NCBI RefSeq assembly: GCF_004010195.1
Contig: NC_057719.1
Coordinates: 89,403,403-89,467,402, forward strand
DNA: 64,000 nt
Source: Chiloscyllium plagiosum
Taxonomy: Eukaryota
Direction: 5' to 3'
Shown one piece after another: positions 38,229-52,050 of the stretch (its first letter is position 1; each line of letters begins with the position of its first letter). The notes beneath the pieces were generated by a model. The model did no database searches. It was not told where the DNA came from and saw only the letters and a list, made by a program, of their open reading frames with translations. A program made the translations under genes and the position numbers.

Positions 38229-38533
38229 ATAGAATCCCCAGAGTGTGGAAACAGGCCCTTCAGCCCAACACCAACTCTCTGAAGAGTAACCCACCCAGAC
38301 TTATTCCCCTACCCTATAACTCTACATTTCCCCTAATTAGTGCACCTAACCAACACATCCCTATGAACAATTTAACATGGACAATTCACCTAAACTGCAC
38401 ATCTTTGGACTGTGGGAGGAAACCCACATAGCCATGCGTAAACTGTACATAAACAGTCGGGCGAGGCTGGAATCAAACCCTGGTCCCTGGTGCTGTGAGG
38501 CAGCAGTGCTAACCACTGAGCCACCATGCCGCC
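38229..38533 (-). mobile_element. HE1-type V-SINE inside a PLE family C tail
   Basis: Reverse head, core and tail motifs. CCACTGAG/CTGCTGAG flank it. Confidence 0.8.
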
Positions 38534-39619
38534 CACCACTGAGCCAGCGTGCCATCAGCAATTTCTGGTTTTGTTTCAGATCTCCATCATCAACCATTCT
38601 TTATTTAGAATTTCAGAATTGACTCAGCTGTGACTCAGTAAGTAATACTGAGTCAGAAGGAATGGGTCCAGAAACCCAATCCAGGCCCAGGAGAGAAAAT
38701 CTAAAATCTGACACTTCAGTGTAGCTTTGTGTGTGTCAACGTTTGTTAGGTGATAACCAGAGACTCTTTTCGTGATAGTCCTGGCTTGGCAAATCTGGAT
38801 GGGTTCTGCAGTCTCCACTCATCAGAAAATACATCAGAACAGTACACTCAAGATGACGCCACAAATAGTCACATTCTATTGAGCATCACACCCCTTGGTG
38901 CTGCAAAGTGGACACCATATTACAAGGGGTGAGTGCAAGGAACATCTGCAATCCTCAGGTTATCAAAGTTTGTTGAAGCCTTTCATGGAGCCAGGTAATG
39001 AAGAGACAGCCAAGGGATATCAGGAACAATCTGCTTTCCACAAAGTTCACACAACATTGACCACTGATCAATCACCTAACCGCACCCATGTTTGGACCGA
39101 GGCATACTATCATTCCTTGCAGAATTAACTATAGATGTACATCCTGTACCATGTAGGATAGAATAGGGAATGGACTCAACAGTGTTTGCTGGGATCAAGA
39201 GTATTTTAGTGGTATGTGTACATTCATATAACAGTCAATTATTATCATTTAGCCTCATTTTTAAAATGCATTGATAATAGTTATATATGAGATGAGCAGC
39301 TGCTAAATGTAAGAGTCTACATTTTTTATAAACTGAAAACTGGATATGGAAATTTCACTGCTATAACTGGAATACCAGGACAGTTTTGAAACTTAAAATT
39401 AAGGATAGCAAAAGTTTTGAGCTGTATGATCCAATATTGCTTTTTGAAGTAATAGAGGGCAGGAATTTGAGACTGAGTGGCACCAAGAGGCTTTGGGATT
39501 TAGGACGTCTTGCCCATTGATAGACCTGATTGGTTGAGATACAGTGATTAAAAACTCTTAAGGGTCAGAGCAACAGCGGAGAGAAACATCCCAAGCTTGC
39601 AATCAGAAACCATCTCATG

Positions 39620-39917
39620 TTCAGGCTCGGGTGTACCTGGAAGAGGTGGGCACCACAGGGGATGGAGTGTTTTATTTCCTCCTCCAATTCCATTTTGATT
39701 TAGTCCCTGCCCTCTCTTTCACTTTTGATTTCACATAGGCATAGCTCACTCTGGGCTTTGCTTACCACTGGTTCCTTGGCCACATGGGTGATTTTCCTGG
39801 TGGTGTAGTAATAAAGTTATTTACACTTGGAATTTCACTGCATCTTGCACCTACACATACACAAGATGGTGCTGGAGTATAAGTGGCAATGGTGCAGAGG
39901 GAACAGGAGCGAAAAAA
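39620..39917 (+). mobile_element. Older Tx1-family 3' end
   Basis: GAGGTGGGCACCACAGGG...TTTTGATTTAGTCCCTGCCCTC matches 21465-21535. Confidence 0.75.
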
Positions 39918-40851
39918 TAACCGAAAGAAAACTATCTTTCTCTCAGTTTCTGTCTCTTACCCCTCTGCCACCCCTTTCTCTCTCCCTCTGTGGGAATGAG
40001 ATAGAGAAACTAAGAAAGCTGAAAAGATAGAATACTAAAGGAAGAGAAGACTGAAGTCCACTTAATCAACCATTATTTACAGACAATACAATGCCATCAT
40101 TGTCAAAAAAAAGAACTGTATGAGAACATAGTATTCCACCTAACAGCCTAATTTTATTTTATCTGTATTCATTTTCAACCATAGTATATGTATAATTCCA
40201 TTAGTCTTTTCTTTGCCTTAATAGTGTGTGTTTGGGTGCTTTGGAAGGGTATAGTTTAAGCTGTGTAGTTTCAGATGAGAAATCCTTTCTTTTCACTGAT
40301 GTTGTGTAAGTGTGTTACAAGAAATGGAGTTGATTTTCTGTTATTGGCAAAATCTGTTGTGAATTACATTTATCATAAATTGCAGTCAGAGTAATTTTGG
40401 GTGGTCTCATTGGGAATTTTAAACGTTTATACATTCTGGGATAATTTGTAGACAGTGGGGCATGATATTCTTCTTGCTAAGTTTGACATTAAGGCCAATA
40501 TTATCTCAAGTACAAAGATGAAGGAAGGTGTGGTGATCATGTCGACTTTTAAAGTCATATTTCATACAGTGATCATCACAGAAGTAACAATTCATATGTA
40601 ATTTAACAAACAATGCACAAAAATAAAGCATCTGCATTATGTTCTATAATTCATCATATCACAGAATCCATACAGTCTCCCATCAAGTCTGCATTGAACC
40701 CCAAGGAGCATTATACCCAGACCCCACCCCACCCCACCCCATCCCTATTTTTATCATAGTTAACTCACCTAACCTGCACAATACAGACAATTTTTTTTGC
40801 ATAGCCAATTTGCATAACCTGCACATCTTTGGACTGTGGGAAGAAACTAAA

Positions 40852-41130
40852 GCGGCATGGTGGCACAGTGGTTAGCACTGCTGCCTCACAGCGCCAGAGA
40901 CCCGGGTTCAATTCCCGCCTCAGGCGACTGACTGTGTGGAGTTTGCACGTTCTCCCCGTGTCTGTGTGGGTTTCCTCCGGGTGCTCCGGTGAATTGGCCA
41001 TACTAAATTGCCCGTAGTGTTAGGTAAGGGGTAAATGTAGGGGTATGGGTGGGTTGCGCTTCGGCGGGGCGGTGTGGACTTGTTGGGCCGAAGGGCCTGT
41101 TTCCACACTGTAAGTAATCTAATCTAATCT
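40852..41130 (+). mobile_element. Young HE1 SINE nested in an older antisense HE1 (40659-41210)
   Basis: Full head, core and (AATCT)n tail, with TSD CTAAAGC. Confidence 0.9.
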
Positions 41131-41369
41131 AAAGCACTCAGTGGAAACCCATTCAAACATGAGGAGAACATATAAACTCCACACAGTCACCCAAGATGGA
41201 ATTGAAACCACGTCAAGGTGATATGAAACTGCAATGCTAACCACTGTGCCAGGTCATTGCTTGGAGATATCTCCATCTTATCTCTGGTTGCAATGTGATG
41301 CTCAGAGGTTGTCATTGGTCACAATTGAACGGAACCAGTGATTAAATACTGTACATAAGAGCAGATCAG

Positions 41370-41880
41370 AGACTAGGAAATAACTTACCTCCTGACTCCA
41401 CTCTCATGAAGGCACCAGTCAGGAGTTTGATAGAATACTCCCCACCTGCCTGGATGATTGCAGCTTCAACAACATTCAAGAACCTTGACACCATCCAGGA
41501 CTAAGCAGCCACTTGATTGGCACCAAATCCACCACCTACATTCAGTAACAGCAGTGTGGACTGCCTACAATATGCATTGCAGAAATTCATGAAAGCTCCT
41601 TAGACAACATCATTAACCCACAACCACTTCAATGTAGAAGAAGGGCAGCAGATACATGGAAACACTGCCATCTGCTAGTTCCCCTCCAAACCGCTCACCA
41701 GTCTTGGATATATATTGCCATTCCTCAGTGTCAGTATCACGGCACCAAAATCCTGGTCCTTCCTTACCAACAGCACTAGAGGAGTTCCTAAATCAACCAG
41801 ACTGCAGTGGTTCAATCCCACCACCTCCTCAAGAGCAATTAGGGATGGCCAGCAGAGCCTATAAACCATGTATGAAAGAA
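41370..41880 (+). mobile_element. Decayed LINE (CR1/L2 group) 3' end
   Basis: EYSPPAW..AASTT..LDTIQ motif and a GCAATTAGGGATGG tail. Confidence 0.6.
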
Positions 41881-42221
41881 AGAATAAGGGAGGGCCAAGC
41901 TTGACCATTACAAATAATGCCAGGATAGACCCAAACAGTTCCTAGTAGATATTAACAATTATATAAATGACTTTCATGAAACAAGTGAATAAATCACCAT
42001 TTTGCACACCTATTTAAACTTCTCCTGCCATTTTGTCTAGGTACAACCCCAACATCAACATCCGAGGTGGTCATGCCTTATTACCACGGATAACCGTGGT
42101 GGGTATTGTTATGAACTAGGCCAGACCACTCAAAACATTCTTAAGCAGGCAACCCAGACAGTACCTTTGCAATTTGAATATTACCCAGAGTAAGTTACCT
42201 AGGTTGACTACCAGGTTTTAA

Positions 42222-42427
42222 TCTTGGAGGAGAAAGTGAGGTCTGCAGATGCTGGAGATCAGAGATGGAAATGTGTTGCTGGAAAAGCGCAGCAGGTCAG
42301 GCAGCATCTAGGGAACAGGAGAATCGACGTTTCGGGCATTAGAAGAAGGGCTAATGCCCGAAACATCGATTCTCCTGTTCCCTAGATGCTGCCTGACCTG
42401 CTGCACTTTTCCAGCAACACATTTCCA
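42222..42427. mobile_element. PLE family A fold-back inserted in the 3' LTR
   Basis: 13-bp TSD TACCAGGTTTTAA (42209-42221 / 42428-42440). The empty site is visible in the other LTR (~47333-47345). Confidence 0.9.
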
Positions 42428-45400
42428 TACCAGGTTTTAAAACAGAAAAAAATTATTCATAAAATTACGGAATGAAATACAAAGAACAGAATACAGAATA
42501 CCCACAGAACTCAGTCTATCCAAACTAGATTTAATTATGCTGTTCCGAATAAGCACACCAATCCCAATAAACAAACCCCTTAAACACAGTAAAAATGAAA
42601 CAAAGGCTTACAGGTCGAAGTTAAAAGGGCAGAAGGAGAGAGAATTTAGCAGCCCGTTTCCACACAGCTTTACTGCTGAACTGACTCACTAACATTCTGA
42701 ACTCTTGACTGCTCAGCTAGAGAGCTGGCCATGCCCTCTTGACTTATGTAGGTTACTTCTAAAAACATAAAAGCTTAGGTCTAAAGTCTCATCTGTTTAC
42801 TTATAAACAAAAAGACCTCCAATACCCTTTTATCGCTGTACCAAACCCAGCCATTTCGGAACCCGGAATGTTTATGACTGCTCTGAAAAATCAAGGACAC
42901 AGTATCCTTGAGAAAAGGAAAAGATTTTAGGAAAAAAGGACCAGCTTTGTGATACCTCCCTCCTTTAAACCATCAATATCAAAAGATGGCTTCATTTTTA
43001 AAACTCTTCAAAGAAAAAACTGGTTAGTAGTCTAAAACATACATATACACTATACTAAATATACACATGCAAACATGCAAAACCACATGTGAATTCAGGC
43101 CATGGCATACCCAACACCGAATGCCTCCGTATCTAATTTGAATCTCAATAACACATCGGGAATCACGTTTTCACAACCTGCCACATGCACAATTATCAAA
43201 TTCAATGGCTGCAACAAGAAGCTCCATCTAAACAGTCTGGCATTTTTGTCCTTAAATTTTTCCACAAATGTCAATGGGTTATGATCAGTGTGTACGATTG
43301 TCTCAGATGTGTTGCTGGTAATATAAACACTGAAATGTTGTCATGCCAATATCAAGCTCAAAGTTTCTTTGCCCACCGTTGAATATATCTGTTGATGAAT
43401 GTTCAGCTTCCTGAAAAAATACCCAATGGATCTTTCTATTCCCTCGTCATCTTCCTGCAGGAGCACCTCACCGACACCCACATCACTGGCATCGATAGCC
43501 ATCTTGAAAGGCTTCATGTAATCCGGTGTGGCTAATACTTGGGCAGTGGTTAATGCTTTTTGACAGTCTGCTGTCCACTGAAACTTCTTGCTCATTTTTA
43601 ACAATTCGGTGAGTGGAACAGCCACACTGCTAACATTCAGGACAAACGTTTCGTAAAATCCACTCAATCCCAGGAACCATAGTTCTGCTGTCTTCATTGA
43701 TAGTGTGGGAAATTCCCCAATTACTTTTGATTTGCATCCCGTGGGGCCATTTGTCTGTGTCCAATAACATGGCCCAGGAAGGTGACTTGGGCTTTGGCAA
43801 ATTCACTTAGCTCGGTTTACAACCAAGCCTGCCCTCTGAAGTTGATCAAATAAGTCCGATAAATCCTGTAAATGTTCCTTCCCTGCGTGACTAAAAATCA
43901 CCAGGTCATCAATGTAAACAACACAGTTGGGTAACCCAACAATGACCTTATTAGTTAGTCTCTGAAATGTGGCTGGATCGTTTTTCATACCAAATAGCAT
44001 GACTTTGAATTGATACAGTCCATTTGGCATTATGAAAGCCGAAATTGCCCTTGCTCTCTCTGATAGAGTGCTTGCCAGTAGCCTTTGAGCAAGTCAACTT
44101 AGAAATGTAAATTGCTTGTCCCACCTTTTCGACACAGTCATACAACCATGGAATTCGATATGCATCAGTCTTTGTAAGTGTTGACTTTGCGATAGTTCAC
44201 ACATAACCATTGGGTACCATCTGGCTTCGGCACCATGACTATAGGTGAGCTTCAGTCACTGTAACTCACTTTGATTATATCATCTTGGAGTGTGCGGTCT
44301 CTCTCCTTCTGAACCTGTGCCAACTTTAGAGGGTCATGCCTATAAGGATGTTGCTTAACTGGAATAGCATCTCCTATATCTACACCATGCACAATTAGAT
44401 TAGTACTGCCCAGTTTATTTCCGCATATCTCCCCATGTGATAGTAATAACTCTTTCAGGTCATTTCAATTTTCTTGTGAAGTCATTCAATAATTTATCCC
44501 AATTTTTGACAACTTCTTCATTCCTCAAATCAAATTAGACAATATCCAATTCCGAATCCTCTAAACTCTGTTCTTCTTTCTGTGTTGTAATCATTAACAC
44601 CTTCTCCTCTTGCTTTCCTTCCCTGTCAAAATACCTTTTGTGCATATTCACATGACACACTCAGATTTCTTCCTGTCGGGACATATTACCAAGTGGCTCA
44701 CCTCATTCAATTTCTTCTCGATTTGATACGGTCCACTAAACCTTGCTTTTAAAGGGTCACATGTTACTGGAAGTAACACCAATACCTCATCCCCAGTGGC
44801 AAAATTGCAAATTTTTGAATTCTTATCCACTCTTTGTTTCATTATATGCTGCGATAGTTTTAAATGCTGTCTAACCAACTCCCAGCTCTATTTAAACAGT
44901 CTCTAAAATTTGACACATAGCCCAAATGTGTAGTCTCTGAATTCTGACTTATTAATTTCTCCTTAATCAATTTGAATGGTCCTCTTACTTCATGCCCAAA
45001 CATTAGTTCAAATGGACTGAATTTGGTCGATTCATTTGGTGTCTCTGATTGCAAAAAGTACAAATGTAACTCCCTTATCCCAATCATCTGGATAATTCTG
45101 ACCATAAACCTTCAACATGCTCTTCAGTCATCTCCCTAGCTCTCCCTGGGATTCTGGATGGTACGCAGATTTGAATTGCTTTATTCCCAAGTTATCCGAA
45201 CCTCCTTGAATAGCTTGGATGTGAAGTGATCTGACTGGATCTCTATTGGTAGCCCATATCTAGTAAAAAAATTTGAGCGATTCTTCTACAGCCCTTTTTG
45301 CAGTGAAATTGCATAATGGGATTGACTCTGGAAATCTAGTCGATCAATCCACTGTTGTTAATAAGTACTTATTCCCACTTTTTGTTTGAGACTCAAGACT

Positions 45401-47410
45401 CTTGTGAAAGGCTCCTCACATGTTGGAATAGGCATTAAAAGGTGCAGGTTTTATTACTGCCTGTGGTTTTCTGATTAGCTGACATATGACACGCCTGGCA
45501 AAATTCAACTGCATCCTTCTGTAGTCCAGGCCAGTAAGAATGTCTTTGTATTTAAGCCTGTGTTTCCCTCACCCTAAATGACACCCAAATCGTGCTCATG
45601 CACCACTCGCAGCACCTCCTTTCTATACCCTACTGGCAAAACAATATGATGAACGTCTGTCCATTTCTCATCTGCTTGAATGTGTGATGGTCTCCATTTC
45701 CTCATTAAGACATCATTTGTTAAATAATAACACACAGGGATGCATTCACTCTCCTCGGTATATGCCTTTTGATATAACTGTTTTAAGTTCTCATCTTTCT
45801 ACTGCAACTCAATAAGCTTCTGCTCAGTGTCACTTATCTGATCAAAAATATATCTCTGATAATACCACTTCAGCTTCCTTACATGTGCCTTTTGATCTCT
45901 CCTGCTTCAGCTTGTGCCTCTGTGACCTAATTAAGACACAATCTGGGAAAATTTCCAAATAAGACCCCCTGCGGTGCTTCAGTTGCCCGAGTCTCCACTG
46001 ACTTTTCAACTAGGGTAGGCAGCACACCTACCGGTGAATCAGCTATCTCATTTGCAAGGACAAATTGTATTCCTGGAGCTGAAAGTTTGTCCAGTGCTCC
46101 TATCACAAATTCTCCACTCTTCTCTGGACACTCCAGTCTCACTTTACATAATTTTTGTCTCACCATTGATTTCTGTTACCAGTACCATTTCTGGCAATAA
46201 TCCTTCAGGAGTACATATCTCCTCATTCCTCAGCATTACAGACTGAGAGAATCCTGTGTCCCTTAATATTGTAACCTCTTTACCTGCTACTCCAGGCCTA
46301 TGTGAATAAACTTTACCCTTGCAGGTATTTTTTTAAGCCGATCTGGCACTTTCTCCTTAATCAACCTCTGATTCGCTTTCTAGCTTCCACTGGGATATCT
46401 GTTACCATGCCAACAAAACTTCCAGGCTTGTAGTGTTTTCCTACATCTGGCTTTCTCCTAGCCCACCAACACGGTTATTTCATGAGGCCCACTTTATTAT
46501 ACTGAAAACACCAGATCCTTTTAAACTTCTTTGGCCTCCTCAAGGGTTTCCTTTTTACCCTGTGGTAAGTTCTCCTTATGATCTTCACTGAGATCTACCT
46601 TTCCCTTTCCATGTGAGGATTTCTCTTTGCCCCAATTTCTATCCCTCATGGACAACCGATTCTGGAAGCCATACCATGTTTATGGACCAGTTCATAATCA
46701 TCAGCCATTTCAGCTGCTAACCTTTGTTTTAACTCTCAAGTCTTCCACATGAGTCCGCACTACTTCCTCACTAAGGTTACCTTCCGCCTTTATTTCCAGC
46801 CTTTTACACTGACTTCCCTTTTTAAGTGTCAATTTCTGAAGTGTCTCTTTTTTTCTCTCTTCTGCTTCTAATCGTAACTCAAACTATTTCAATTCTGCTG
46901 CCCCTCCCTTATCTCTCACCTCTAACTCAAACCACTTCAATTGCAATTGAATTTTTGCTATCTCTACAGATTTCCAGCAAATTTAAATGCTGAGCTACTG
47001 CAGTAATTATCTCTCCTTTCCTCACAGAAGCAGGCAGCTCCAACCCCAACTGGTCTGCTAGTTCCAGCAGCCTGATCTTATTCACTTTTTGCAAAGCTTC
47101 TACGTTCACCTTGTCCATCTCCAGAAAACTCTTGACAATTGAAAGAGCCACAGTTATCCCAAACTTTGTCTACCCAACCAAACCAACACCCAAATTAAGC
47201 ACCTACCAGTCTGCTATGGACTAGGCCAGACCACGCAAAACATTCTTAAGCAGGCAGCCCAGACCGTAACTTTGCAATTTGTTTTGGTAAGTGTACAGTA
47301 ACGATTACCCAGAGCAAGTTACCTAGGTTGACTACCAGGTTTTAAAACAGATAAAAATTTATTCACAAAATTATAGAATGAAACACAAAGAACAGAATAC
47401 CCACAGAACT

Positions 47411-47716
47411 TATGGTGGCTTAGTGGTTAGCACTTTGCCTCATAGCCCCAGGGATCCAGGTTCAATTCCAGCCTCTGTGCAAACTCCACACAGACAGTTG
47501 CCTTTCTCTCTACATCTATGTGGGTTTCCTCCCACAACCCAAAGATGTACGAGTCAGGTAAATTGGCCATGCTAAATTGCCCATAGTGTTAGGTGCATTA
47601 GTCAGGGGTACATATAGGATAGGGGGAATGGGTCTGGGCGGGTTACTCTCCGAAGGGTCGGTGTGAACATGTTGGGCCAAAGGGCCTGTTTCCACACCGT
47701 AGGGAATCTAATCTAA
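47411..47716 (+). mobile_element. HE1 SINE inside the 5' LTR
   Basis: SINE head and tail, absent from the other LTR. Confidence 0.85.
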
Positions 47717-48109
47717 TTCAGTCTATCCAAACTAGACTTAATTATACTGTTCTGAATAAACACACCAATCCCAATAAACAAACCCCTTAAACACAGTAAA
47801 AATGAAACATAGGCTTACAGATTGAAGTTAGAAGGGCAGAAGAGGAGTGGGTTTAGCACCCTGAATGATAAAGTAGAATTTCAGTGACAACCACTGCCTG
47901 GACTGCATGTATTCAAATCACACATAGTAAATGGTCAGTTGCACAATACATCCAAACACACAAAAAAGACAAACTTCCACAGGATTTAGCATCAATTCCT
48001 ATTTCCCATTACAACTGAGCGTGACTATTCTCTTCTGGCATAGTTGCTCACTCTTAACATGCATTGTTGTTGACCACATAAAAGACTCCTGTTCTAGTTG
48101 TGAGACTGG

Positions 48110-48260
48110 CACTTACACCAGTGGATTGGAATAGACCATTGATCCATTTCACACACTGGATCCAAGTTCTTGCACAGACCCCATGGTTGCTTCCCTCTTC
48201 TGCCACCTCCCTCCAGCCTACCTTTGGCCAGCAGGAGAGCCTTCTGATATCAGCCACAAT
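48110..48260 (-). mobile_element. PIF/Harbinger Myb/SANT-like ORF remnant
   Basis: GWREVAEEGSNHGVCARTWIQCVKWINGL matches the W.EVA...RTW.QC.K..NDL trihelix pattern. Confidence 0.55.
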
Positions 48261-49224
48261 AAAGAATGCTTCCCACCTTTCTCTGACATCTTGGAGAAAA
48301 ACCTACATGGGGGCATCACTGAATCATGCAGTGTGACTAGACATGGAATGACAGCAGAAATAACAGTAATGGTAGCAGACAGGGAATGGAAATGATCAGC
48401 GAAGATGTCTGAGGAAGGTACACTCTTCAAACGGACTTGAAATTCGGAGTCAGCACCAATGGATCTCTGAGGATGAGGGTTCCAAAGAATCATGACCCTC
48501 AGAAAAATAACTCATCCTTCTTGGTTTTTAATGGGAACCTCCTGCTCAGACAGCACACCAGAGCAGAAGGAGAGGTGGAATTGTGCCAGTGACTTGTGAA
48601 CTCCAGAGGTCTGCAGTTGTGGATCTAGTGAGGAAGCAGTATAGCTGAGGTCTTGGTGTTTTGATACTGAAGGTTAGCCTTACCAAAACAGCAAGCATAT
48701 TCTCAGAAGTAGGTCAGCTCCGTGAGAAAATAAGATCAAAAAGGCTGTCAGCTCAGAAAGGTTCATGGGTATTTCCCAGCTTGTGAGGTTAGCTCCTAAG
48801 TAGAAGTCTGGATTGTGTTGGTAATTAGAGTTTGCAAGTATCTCAGGAATCCTAGGGAATACCACTCTGGAATGACCAGGAGTTGTTGAGGAAGTGCTAA
48901 TGTTAGATCTTCACAAATAAAGAATTGGAATTGGACTTGTCAATGAGGCAATATTTCAATGAAACTTGGTGACCCTCAGTATCACTAAAGTCTGGATGTG
49001 CTGCTGAGAAATACATGGGATCTCTCTTGAACACATTTGCTATTCTACATAGGGTGCTTGACTACATTTTGACTGTTAACTCATATTTACCTCATATTAA
49101 CCTTAATGCTAACTTCATGTTAATTCTGGATGTTATAGCATCAGTTGCATAGGGTACTCTTCAAACATTTTACAGTTAAACTTTTGTTGTTTCTTCAACA
49201 CTATGAAATTTTATTGTTTTTATT

Positions 49225-52050
49225 AGAACAAAGAACATTACAGTTCAGGAACAGGCCCTTCGGCCCTCCAAGCCTGCACCAATTCAGATCCTCGATCTAA
49301 ATCTGCCACCTATTTTCGAAGGATCCTATCCCTTTGGTCCCTGCTCATTCATGTATATGTCTAGATACATCTTAAAAGATGCTATCATTCCCACCCCTAC
49401 CACCTCCACTGGCAATGCATTCCAGGCACCCTCCACGTGAAGAACTTTCCATGTATATATCCCCTAAAATTTTCCCCTCTCACTTTAAATTTGTGACCCC
49501 TAGTAATTGAGTCCTCCACTCTGGGGAAAAAAGTTCTTGCTATCCACCCTGTCTACACCTCTTACAATTTTGTAGCCTCAATCAGGTCCCCCCTCAACTA
49601 CCTTCTTTCCAATGAAAATAATCCTAATCTACTCAACCTCTCCTCATAGCTAGCACCCTCCAGACCAGGCAACATCCTGGTGAACCTCCTCTGCACCTCT
49701 CCAAAGCATCCATATCCTTTTGGTCATGTAGTGACCAGAACTGTACTCAGTATTCCAAATGTAGCCAAACCAAAGTCCTATACAACTGTAACATGACCTG
49801 CCAGCTCTTGTACTCAATATCCCATGCCATCTGCCTTCTTGATCACTCTACTGACTTGCATTTCCACCTTCAGGGAACAATGGAAGTGAACACCCAAATC
49901 TCTCTGTACATCAATTTTCCCCAGGACCTTTTCAATTACTGTATCGTTTGCTCTGGAATTGCATCTTCCAAAATGTGTCACCTCTCATTTGCCTGGATTG
50001 AGGTCCACCTGCCATTTCTCTGCCCAGCTCTCCAAACTATCTAGATTCTCTGACAGTCCCCTTCACTATCTGCTACTCCACCAATCTTAGTGTCATCTGC
50101 AAACTTGCTAATGAGGCAACCTACACTTTCCTCCAAATCATTTATGTATGTCACAAACAACAGTGGTCCCAGCACAGATCCCTGTGGGAGACCAGTGGTC
50201 ACAGGTCTCCATTTTGAGAAGCACCCTTCCACTACTACTGTTTCCTGTTGCCCAGCCAGTTCTCTGGACCCCATGCGACTTCACCTTCTTTATCAGCCTA
50301 TGATGGGAAACCCTATCAAAAGACTTACTAAAGTCCATGTATATGACATCTATATCCCTTCCCTCATCAATCAACTTTGTCACCTCTTCAAAGAATTCTA
50401 TTAAGTTGGTAAGACATGATCTTCCCTGCACAAAACCATGCTCCTATCACTAATAAGCCCATTGTCTTCCAAATGGGTATATATCCTATTCCTTAGGATC
50501 TTCTCCAGTAGCTTCCCTACCATTGACATCAGGCTCACAGGTCTGTAGTTACTTGGATTATCCCTGCTACCTTCTTAAACAAGGGGAGAACATTAGCAAT
50601 TCTCTAGTCTTCTGAGACCTTCCCCATGTTCAAGGATGCTCAAGGATATCTGTTAAGTCCCCAGCTATTTCCTCTCTCACTTCCCTCAGTAATCTGGGAT
50701 AGATCCCATCCGGTCCTGGGGACTTGTCCACCTTCACGTCTTTTAGAATACATAACACTTATTCCATCTTTATGCCGACATGACCTAGAGTAATCAAAGA
50801 TTTATCCCTAACCTCAACATCCACCTTGTCCCTCTACTCGGTGAATATCGACACAAGGTACTCATTAAGAATCTTACCCATTATGACTCCACACATCTTT
50901 CGTTTTTTGTCCTTGAGTGAGCCAACCCTTTCCCTCATTACTCTCTTGCTCCTTGTATATGAATAAAAGGCTTTGGGGTTTTCCTTAACACTGCTCGCTA
51001 AGGATATCTCATGACCTCTTTTAGCCATTTTGAGCAGAGGCAAACTTGTGTGTAAGGAACCTGCAGCATTGCTGAAGCCTCCCACCCCACCCCGCCCCTG
51101 CCGACCATCCGCGCCACCTCCCCCTGTCCGCGCCCCAAAAATCCCCTCTGGGGCAACCAGCCTTGACTGCTGCTGCCTTTGGGAAGTGAGTCTCCAAATA
51201 GCATGTGCACGGGTGCACACACACAGAGACAACTTTTTACTGCAACATTTTGTCAAGTTCCACCTTTACCCTGTACAGAACAGTGTTAGAGAAATTATCT
51301 GGGGAAGGAGGGTTCAGGGTACATCCCTATGTAGAACTCCAGGGAAAGAGTGGAGGGAGGGGGCGTGGAGAAAGAGAAGGCAGTCAGTCATTTGCAGACA
51401 GTGTCTGGGCTCCCATCGATGTCCAGGACTGTTTTAGGCAGCATTTCAGCAAGCGGAGTTTGTTTTTAATCATTTTAAACTAAAGACATGATCAGTGTTG
51501 GAAACATGTCTTTGATGTAATCTTTCTATTGACACCTTGAGATCTCCTTTAGATAATCTCATATTTGGATAATTGAGATTCAGATAATCAAGGTTTCTCT
51601 GTAGTTGGCATTCTCCCAATTTAGCACTCTTCCTTTAGGACTACTCTCGTCTTTGTCCATGTGTATCCAAAGACTTTTGGAATTATGATCACTATTCTCA
51701 AAGTAAGCCCCTACTGAAACTTCAACCACCTGGCTGGGCTCATTTCCTAATACCAGGTCCAGTATGGCCCGTTCACAAGTTGGACCACTGACATACTGCT
51801 CTATCAAACCCTCCTGGATGCTCCTTACAAATTCTGCCCCATCCAATCCTTCAACACTAAGTGAATCCCAGTCAATGTTGGGAAAATTAAAACCTCCTAT
51901 CACCACCATCCTGTTGCTCCCACATCTTTCCATAATCTGTCTGCATGTTTGTACTTCTGTCTCACACTCACTGTTAGGAGGCCTGTAGTACAGCCCCAAC
52001 ATTGTTACCGCACCCTTCCTATTTCTGAGCTCTGCCCATATTGCCTCTTT
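49225..52050 (-). mobile_element. CR1 LINE (EN plus RT), interrupted by a DNA transposon
   Basis: [37 protein letters not shown] and FADDTKIGG. Confidence 0.9.
51035..51601. mobile_element. Tigger/pogo-like non-autonomous DNA transposon end
   Basis: The right end GATAATCAAGGTTTCTCTG followed by TA resembles pogo-type TIRs. The left TIR is missing. Confidence 0.55.

Larger units (their letters stand above)
42107..47860 (-). mobile_element. Gmr1-like Ty3/Gypsy LTR retrotransposon (decayed, near full length)
   Basis: LTRs at 42107-42954 and 47212-~47860, PPT at 42955-42966. Gag (AAEMADDYELVHK), protease ILRDTGFSQS (~46260), integrase with KARFSGPYQI (~44650-45700), RT YIDD (~43910) and RNase H DASDVGVG (~43480). 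Confidence 0.9.

Noticed and set aside
38780..39150. Possible decayed transposase sequence
   Set aside because: No motif could be read with confidence.
42020..42106. Acceptor-like site, short open frame and 7-bp hairpin ACCACGG/CCGTGGT next to the LTR
   Set aside because: Too short to support. No recognisable protein or RNA family.
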